From an uncultured delta proteobacterium (lineage in GTDB: Bacteria; Myxococcota; Myxococcia; Myxococcales; Anaeromyxobacteraceae): DNA of 64,000 nucleotides. The notes beneath the pieces were generated by a model. It saw only the letters and a program-made list of their open reading frames with translations, made no database searches and was not told where the DNA came from. Both the position numbers and the translations under genes were made by a program. Below are positions 58,084-64,000 of the stretch, piece by piece. Location: NCBI GenBank assembly GCA_963828255.1, contig CAWHDZ010000030.1:1-64000 (forward strand). The letters are read 5' to 3'. Each line of letters begins with the position of its first letter. Position 1 is the stretch's first letter.

Positions 58084-58361
58084 GAAGACGGCGGGCCAGG
58101 TTCACGCAAGGTGACGAGCGTGGCGCCCCAGCCGCCGCCGTCCTCCCCGGCCGTGCGAAAGGAGACGACCAGGGGGTGGCGCTCGAGCGTCGCCTGGACG
58201 GTGCGGCGGAGCGCGCCGATCCCCTTGCCGTGGACCACGCGGACCTCGCGCAGGCCCGCCTCGGCGCAGGCCTCGAGCCAGTCGGACACCACGTCGGCGG
58301 CGTCCGCGGGGCGGAACGTGTGCAGGTCGAGGGTCCCGTCGATGGGGAGGCGGTGCTCCAC
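58080..58361 (-). CDS. Stand-alone Smr domain protein
   Basis: IDGTLDLHTF, VVHGKGIGALR, GGWGATLV. Confidence 0.9.
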   Translation of the reverse strand: MEHRLPIDGTLDLHTFRPADAADVVSDWLEACAEAGLREVRVVHGKGIGALRRTVQATLERHPLVVSFRTAGEDGGGWGATLVTLREPGPPSS

Positions 58362-58368
58362 GCGGGAC

Positions 58369-59165
58369 TCAGAAGGCGAAGGTCATCGCGAAGGCGGGGG
58401 CGCGCAGCGCCGTGCCGGTCGAGGGGGCCGGGCTGGGGGGGTGGAACAACCGGGAAATGGCCCATCCCATGAGACCACCCAGGGCGGCGCCGACGAGGAC
58501 GTCGGAGAGCCAGTGCTGGTCGGCGCCGATCCGGAGGTAGGCGACGGCGGCGGAAAGCGTGAACCCCACGCCGGCCGCGATCCCGACGCCCGGGTAGCCG
58601 CGCATGGCGGCCACGGTGACGGTGGCCGCTGCGACCGAGAAGGCGAACGACGTGTGCCCCCCGGAGAAGGACAGGTGGTCCTCGCTCCTCGCGTACCCGA
58701 GGTCGTTTCCGAAGAACGCGTGCGGGCGCTGGCGACCCACGAGGAGCTTCACCACCTGGTTCACGAGCAGGGCCGCGGCGGCGGCCTGGGTCACGAGCAA
58801 CCTGTCCACCAGTCCGGCGTTCACGTCCCCGCCAGCGTTCGCGGAGAGGAGGAGGTAGGTCGCCGCCGAGGCCGGGATCACGGCGTCGATCACCGTGGAC
58901 AGGAGGTCGGCCGTTCGTTCCCCTCCCTCCCAGACCAGGGCGTTGCGGACGGCTGCGTCGATGGGCCCCGGCGTGCACCAGCGGCAGCTCTCCGGCAGGA
59001 GCCCGGGCTGGAAGACGGAGAGGAGGATCACCGAGACCCCATCGCGCCGGTGATCGATGCGTCGAGCGCGAGGTTGTACTGGAGCGGGACCGGGGGCTCG
59101 GCTCCGCGGGCCGGCGGGGCGACGGCGATCACGAGCGCCAGGGCGAGCGAGCGCAGGACGGGCAT
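58369..59165 (-). pseudogene. PAP2 phosphatase, frameshifted (pseudogene or sequence error)
   Basis: Signal peptide frame from ATG 59165 stops at 59028; PAP2 motifs K..VGRQRP, SFSGGH, RIGADQHWLSDV continue in another frame; one base missing at the C4 run 59037-59040. Confidence 0.75.
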
Positions 59166-59204
59166 CGGCGTACCTTAGCACCGGGCGCGTGCTAGCTTCG
59201 GTCC

Positions 59205-59829
59205 ATGCGTCTCGCACCGGTCGCCGCCATCCTCTTGTCTCTGCCTGTCGGCGCCGGTGGCGCGCGCCGAGGACGACGCCCGGGCCGCACCGGCGAACGC
59301 CCCTCCCCCGACGCTCACCAGGCTCTCCTACGACTGGACGGTCGACGGCATCGTCACGGGAGGGCTCGTGGTGAGCACGCTCACGCTGCTCCTCCTGACC
59401 CAGGCGACCAGCCTCGCCATGCTCGTGAACGTGATCGTGAAGTACTCGGTGGGACGGTCCCGCCCGTACGTGTGGCACGGCACCCCAGATCTCTACCCGG
59501 CGTCCGTCTCCGACGCGAACGTCTCGTTCTTCGGTGGCCACACGACCTTCGTCTTCGCCGTGGTGGTGTCGGGGAGCACGCTGTTCTTCATGCAGGACAT
59601 GCCCGGAGCTCCCTGGGTGCTCGGCGTCGGACTCGCCGCGGCGAGCTTCACCGCCTACCTGCGAATGGCCGCGGAGAAGCACTACCTTTCCGACACCCTG
59701 GTCGGCGCGGGCGTGGGAAGCCTGATCGGCTGGGCGGTTCCCTATCTCTTCCACCGGCCGGGCAGGAAGGGCCCGCCGCAGGCCGGCGACCTCCTCCCCG
59801 CGCCCGGCGGGATCGCCATCGCCTGGTAG
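59205..59829 (+). pseudogene. PAP2 phosphatase paralogue, frameshifted and internally deleted
   Basis: MRLAPVAAILL frame shifts near 59238 into the LCLSAPVARAE frame; motifs K..VGRSRP, SFFGGH, RMAAEKHYLSD; lacks ~70 aa present in the paralogue. Confidence 0.7.
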
Positions 59830-59850
59830 ACCCCGCGGCGCCCGGCGCCG

Positions 59851-61884
59851 TCAATCGTTCGGGGCGATCTGGAAGCCCAGGTTCAAGCTCAGGATCTCCC
59901 CGGTGTCGAAGGGGCTCGCCTGCCAGGCCAGAGTGGGCGCCTGGACGAGCAACTCGATCATGCCCGCGGAGAGCGCCACGCCGATGCGGGAGCCCGCCTG
60001 GAGGTAGTACTGGTTCGGCGGGGAACCGCGTGCACCCGTCGAGGGGTCGTCGATCGGGATCCCCCGGACCTTCGGGCCCCCCTCGATCCGGACCGGGACG
60101 ATCGAGAGTCCGAGCCAGGCGAGGAAGTTCCACCGGACCTCGAGGGCGCCCGTGAGCGTCAGGTAGCTCGTGTCGGGGCTCGTGTTGCGGACTCCCATCT
60201 CCAGCGAGCCGCCGTAGGCGGTGGCCAGCCGGTCCCCCCAGGGGTTGCGATCCCACATGAGCCGGGCGCCCAGGGCGGCGAGCCCTCCCATCACCGCGCT
60301 GTCCGGCGCGGAGGCCTGGGGGATCGGCGTGGCGTCGAGGAACAGCGACCAGGTCGTCTCCCGCCCCTTCAGGCGGCCGAACCAGAGCGGCGCAGGAGCC
60401 CAATCGTCGTCGTGGACCGGGACGATCTCCTCGGAGTGCCGGGTGAGGTGTCCACCAGCGACTCTCTTCCGGGTGGGGGTGTAGCCCACGACCAACCCGA
60501 AGGACCAGTTGACGCGCACGTTGCGCCACTCGATCTCGACCGGGCCTTGCAGGGAGATGGAAAGGTTCTCGGTGGCGTGGAAGTCGAACATCAACCCCTG
60601 CGAGTAGATCTCCCACCCACTCCCCGATCCACCGAACGTGAAGCGCCCGCCGAGCGGGTAGAAGCCGATGGCCGACCGGTGGTCGATCGGCACGCCGAGG
60701 ATGAGCCCGGCCCCGACGACGCCCAGGTTGGCCGCCTCCCGGTACATGCGCCGGTAGCCGGCCTCGGCGTCGAGGCCGAACACGAACGGGCTCGCCTGCT
60801 GCGTCCACCGGAAGAGCCGGAAGGTTCCCGTGACGTCGTAGAAGCCCCGGGTCGGGTTGATGGTGGTCCCGCCACCGAAGAGCATGCCGCTGGCCTGGAC
60901 CAGCTCGGCCGGCTGCTTCGCCTGGCACTCCACCCCCTCGCAGGGATTCGACGGGGCGAACCAGCGGGCCTTGTACTCCTTCCAGGCCGCCGACTCCTGG
61001 GGATCGGCATGCACCCCGGGTGTGGCGCGGACCTTCGTGAGGCGGAGGTCGCGCACCAGGACGAGGAGCTCGACCAGCGCCCGCCGCGCATGGTCGCCCT
61101 CCTCGGAGAGGCAGGCGACGGGAACCGTGTAGGGGAGATTGATGAGCTCCTTGCAAGGGCGCCCCTTCACCATCGCGAAGGTCCGGATGTAGGCGCTGTC
61201 GCGCACGTCGGCCGCGTCGTGCTGCAGGGGGGAGTCGGCGTAGTAGTCGCTGAGGCGGCTCACCAGGAGCCCGGAGACGGGCCCCCAGACGCGCAGGTAG
61301 TCGACCTTCAGCGTTCCCGGGATGCGCTCCACGTGGGCGTAAGAGAAGGAGTCGGTCACGGTGTGCATGAGCTCGTACAGCCCGTAACCGCTCTCCCGGG
61401 TACCGGCGCCGCCCACCACGACCACCTGCCGCATCATGTCCTCGACCATGTTGGTGCAGCGGGCGACAGCGGTGGTCGCGAGGCCGCGCGGCACGTGCCG
61501 CCCGTCGAGCGGGACGGTGCCCTCGTCGGACAGCATCGCCATGAAGTGGATGCACTGTCCTGGCTTGCTGAACTGCCGGCTGTAGTTGTTGTCGGGGCGG
61601 TCCGTACGCGGCTGGGGCCACGCCAGGAGCGGATTCTCCGACACCGCCTCGAGGCAACGCTCCGGCTGGTTGGCCCCGAAGCAGAAGGGGGAGGCCAGCG
61701 CGCCGTCGTTGATGAGGTCGCGGAGGACTTCCGGCCGCGGCGGCTGGCCGTCGCCGCCCTCGAGCAGCGTCCGGTAGGCGAGCGCCTCGATGACCCGGTG
61801 CCCCTCGGTGTCGAAGGCGAGGCACCACCCGGGAGCGGCGAGGAGCGCAGCTCCGAGCAGGATCGATGTTCCTCGGGTCGACAC
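59851..61884 (-). CDS. Exported protein: PLC/P1-nuclease-like helical domain plus probable beta-barrel
   Basis: AAGGAG RBS, signal peptide, mature N-terminus FDTEGH, HFM, LMHTVTDSFSYAH; amphipathic strands in the C-terminal half. Confidence 0.65.
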   Translation of the reverse strand: MSTRGTSILLGAALLAAPGWCLAFDTEGHRVIEALAYRTLLEGGDGQPPRPEVLRDLINDGALASPFCFGANQPERCLEAVSENPLLAWPQPRTDRPDNNYSRQFSKPGQCIHFMAMLSDEGTVPLDGRHVPRGLATTAVARCTNMVEDMMRQVVVVGGAGTRESGYGLYELMHTVTDSFSYAHVERIPGTLKVDYLRVWGPVSGLLVSRLSDYYADSPLQHDAADVRDSAYIRTFAMVKGRPCKELINLPYTVPVACLSEEGDHARRALVELLVLVRDLRLTKVRATPGVHADPQESAAWKEYKARWFAPSNPCEGVECQAKQPAELVQASGMLFGGGTTINPTRGFYDVTGTFRLFRWTQQASPFVFGLDAEAGYRRMYREAANLGVVGAGLILGVPIDHRSAIGFYPLGGRFTFGGSGSGWEIYSQGLMFDFHATENLSISLQGPVEIEWRNVRVNWSFGLVVGYTPTRKRVAGGHLTRHSEEIVPVHDDDWAPAPLWFGRLKGRETTWSLFLDATPIPQASAPDSAVMGGLAALGARLMWDRNPWGDRLATAYGGSLEMGVRNTSPDTSYLTLTGALEVRWNFLAWLGLSIVPVRIEGGPKVRGIPIDDPSTGARGSPPNQYYLQAGSRIGVALSAGMIELLVQAPTLAWQASPFDTGEILSLNLGFQIAPND

Positions 61885-61991
61885 GGGCGTCTCCTTCCGT
61901 CGACGGCGCGGAAGACTAGACCGCCCCTCCGCATCGGAAGGCAAACGGGTCCCGAACACCCCCGGGCAACGGAGTAGATTGCCCCCTCGCC

Positions 61992-63863
61992 GTGATCGAG
62001 CCCATCGACCTCACTGCCCACCTGGCCCGTCTCGCCAGCCTCCTCGGCGCGGAGCGGGAGGAGGAGAAGGCGCGTCTCGCCGACGCCGCAGCGCGGCTCA
62101 GCCTCGCCGAGCGCGAGGCCCGGGGCCTGGCCCTCGCCGACGTGGAGGCGCTCGACGAGGCGGTCCTGGCCGGCCGGGCGCTCGTCACCTACGGACGGCC
62201 CGGACGGCCGCTCGGCGCGTCGCGCATCGGAGTGGGGGCGCTGGTGCGGGTGGAGCTGCGCCGGGAGAAGCGGGACGATGCGCCTGCGGGCGTGGTGGCG
62301 CGCCGCAGCCGGGACCGGGTCGCCGTCGCCTTCGACGAGCCACCGCCGGACTGGGCCACCTCGGGGCGGGTCTCCCTCGAGCTCGTGCCCTCGCCGGTGA
62401 CGTGGGAGCGGCTCTCCGCCGGGCTCCGGCGGGTGGGGTCCGAGGACGGAAAGCGCTGGCACGCGGTGCTCCGCGGGGAGGCGCCGCGCTTCCTTCCGCG
62501 GCCACGCGGGCCGGCTCTGCCCACGAGCCTGGCCCCGGAGCAGGAGGCAGCGCTCGACCTGGCGGACCGGGCACTCGACCTCGCGCTCGTCCACGGTCCA
62601 CCCGGAACCGGAAAGACCACCGTGCTCGTCGAGGTGATCCGGCGCGCCGTGGCGCGCGGGGAGAGGGTGCTCGCCGCGGCGCCCTCCAACCTGGCCGCCG
62701 ACAACCTGCTCGAGCGGCTGGTCGCGGCCGGGGTGGACGGCGTGCGCGTCGGCCACCCGGCGCGCGTGGTGCCGGCCCTGCTCGACCGGACGCTGGAGGC
62801 CCGGGTGGAGGGGCACGAGGCGGTGCTCATCGCAGCCGGGCTCGTCGAGGAGGCCCTCTCGCTCCGGCGCGAAGCGCGCAAGCGGCGGGAGAAGCGCGGG
62901 CCGGGGCGTTTCAGCGAGGCGCGCGACGCCGAGCGGAGGGCCCGGGAGCTGCTCGCCGAGGCCCGCAGGCTCGAGGACCGGGCCGAGCGGGACGTGCTCG
63001 ACCGGGCGCCGGTGGTGGTGGCGACCCTCACCGGCGTGGACGCCCCGGTCCTCTCGGGGCGACGCTTCGTGCTCGCCGCCGTGGACGAGGCCACCCAGGC
63101 GGTGGAGCCGGCGGCCATCCTGGCGCTGCTCCGCGCCGATCGCGCCGTCCTGGCAGGCGACCACCTCCAGCTCCCGCCCACCGTCATCTCGGCGGCGGCG
63201 GCCGCGGGCGGGCTCGGGGTCTCCCTCTTCGAGCGGCTGGCCCACGCCCACGGGGATGCGGCCATGGTCACCCTCGTCGAGCAGCGGCGGATGAACGAGG
63301 CCATCATGCGGTTCCCGTCGCAAGCCATGTACGGAGGGCGCCTGCGGGCCCACCCGTCGGTGGCCGGGTGGAAGCTCGACGAGGAGCCGCTGCTCTTCGT
63401 GGACACCGCAGGAACGGGATTCGAGGAGGGAACGCCGGAGGGCTCCGACTCGCGCCACAACGAGGGGGAGGCGGAGCTGGTCGCGCGCGAGGTGGAGCGG
63501 ATCCTCGCGCTCGGCGTCGCGCCGGGCGACGTGGCGGTGATCTCCCCGTACGACGCGCAGGTGCAGCGGCTCCGGCAGATTCTCGCGACGCGCGTGGAGG
63601 AGGGGGTGGAGGTGGACTCGGTGGACGGGTTCCAGGGGCGCGAGAAGGACGCGGTGGTGGTGTCGCTGGTGCGCTCGAACGACCTCGGCGAGGTGGGGTT
63701 CCTCTCCGACGTGCGGCGCATGAACGTGGCCATCACGCGGGCGCGCAAGAAGCTCGTCGTGGTCGGCGACTCGGCCACCGTGGCCCGCCATCCCTTCTAC
63801 GAGGCGTTCGTGCGGCACGCGCAGGACGTCGGGGCGTGGGTCTCGGCGTGCGGGCGCGAGTAG
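61992..63863 (+). CDS. Superfamily 1 helicase, Upf1/IGHMBP2 (DNA2/NAM7)-like
   Basis: HGPPGTGKTT, APSNLAADN, DEATQ, GDHLQLPP, SLFERL, VDGFQGREKD, RRMNVAITRAR. Confidence 0.92.
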   Translation: MIEPIDLTAHLARLASLLGAEREEEKARLADAAARLSLAEREARGLALADVEALDEAVLAGRALVTYGRPGRPLGASRIGVGALVRVELRREKRDDAPAGVVARRSRDRVAVAFDEPPPDWATSGRVSLELVPSPVTWERLSAGLRRVGSEDGKRWHAVLRGEAPRFLPRPRGPALPTSLAPEQEAALDLADRALDLALVHGPPGTGKTTVLVEVIRRAVARGERVLAAAPSNLAADNLLERLVAAGVDGVRVGHPARVVPALLDRTLEARVEGHEAVLIAAGLVEEALSLRREARKRREKRGPGRFSEARDAERRARELLAEARRLEDRAERDVLDRAPVVVATLTGVDAPVLSGRRFVLAAVDEATQAVEPAAILALLRADRAVLAGDHLQLPPTVISAAAAAGGLGVSLFERLAHAHGDAAMVTLVEQRRMNEAIMRFPSQAMYGGRLRAHPSVAGWKLDEEPLLFVDTAGTGFEEGTPEGSDSRHNEGEAELVAREVERILALGVAPGDVAVISPYDAQVQRLRQILATRVEEGVEVDSVDGFQGREKDAVVVSLVRSNDLGEVGFLSDVRRMNVAITRARKKLVVVGDSATVARHPFYEAFVRHAQDVGAWVSACGRE

Positions 63864-63870
63864 CGTGCGC

Positions 63871-64000
63871 GGGGCGCCTTCGTTCCGTCAGGCCGGCTGC
63901 CGCCGGCGCCTGGGCGTCCCTCTCCGCGGCGCTGGTCCTCCCGGCGGTGTCGTTCACTTCGCGTGAATGGCGCCGGGTCACACCGGGCCAGAGCATCGCC
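63871..64000 (+). repeat. Dispersed non-coding repeat, copy C (cut by the window end)
   Basis: About 21 differences over 130 nt (manual count) from the reverse complement of copy B; starts 7 nt after the helicase stop. Confidence 0.88.

Noticed and set aside
61992..63863. Helicase as an anti-phage defence system
   Set aside because: No fused nuclease or partner defence genes nearby; codon style matches the core genes

Overview
Very GC-rich bacterial chromosomal window. Gene content and style suggest Myxococcota, Anaeromyxobacter-like (inference). 1-14.9 kb: ABC-exported (Wzm/Wzt) surface-polysaccharide cluster with four glycosyltransferases, CDP-sugar enzymes, C- and O-methyltransferases, an aminotransferase, an acetyltransferase and gmd; gmd is bracketed by a ~236-bp direct duplication. 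Then an ECF sigma/anti-sigma unit, a DUF4175/peptidase/MoxR/DUF58/BatA-vWA operon, nagZ, livKHMGF, an MFS transporter and glnB-ntrB-ntrC-glnA (sigma54 promoter and five NtrC-type boxes visible). The rest holds hydrolases, pyk, mpg, a TetR/RND efflux operon ending in an RlmN-like gene, a second ECF module (sigma, anti-sigma, DUF3106, beta-barrel, small acidic protein), pit/DUF47, AlaX-like, Smr, two damaged divergent PAP2 genes, a PLC/P1-nuclease-like beta-barrel fusion and a Upf1/IGHMBP2-like helicase. Most notable non-annotated signal: a ~240-bp non-coding repeat in three copies, each just downstream of a stop codon, two of them forming an inverted pair around an unannotated 41-aa membrane ORF. 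No rRNA, tRNA, CRISPR array, transposase or integrase was recognised. Product calls come from motif recognition by eye, not database searches.
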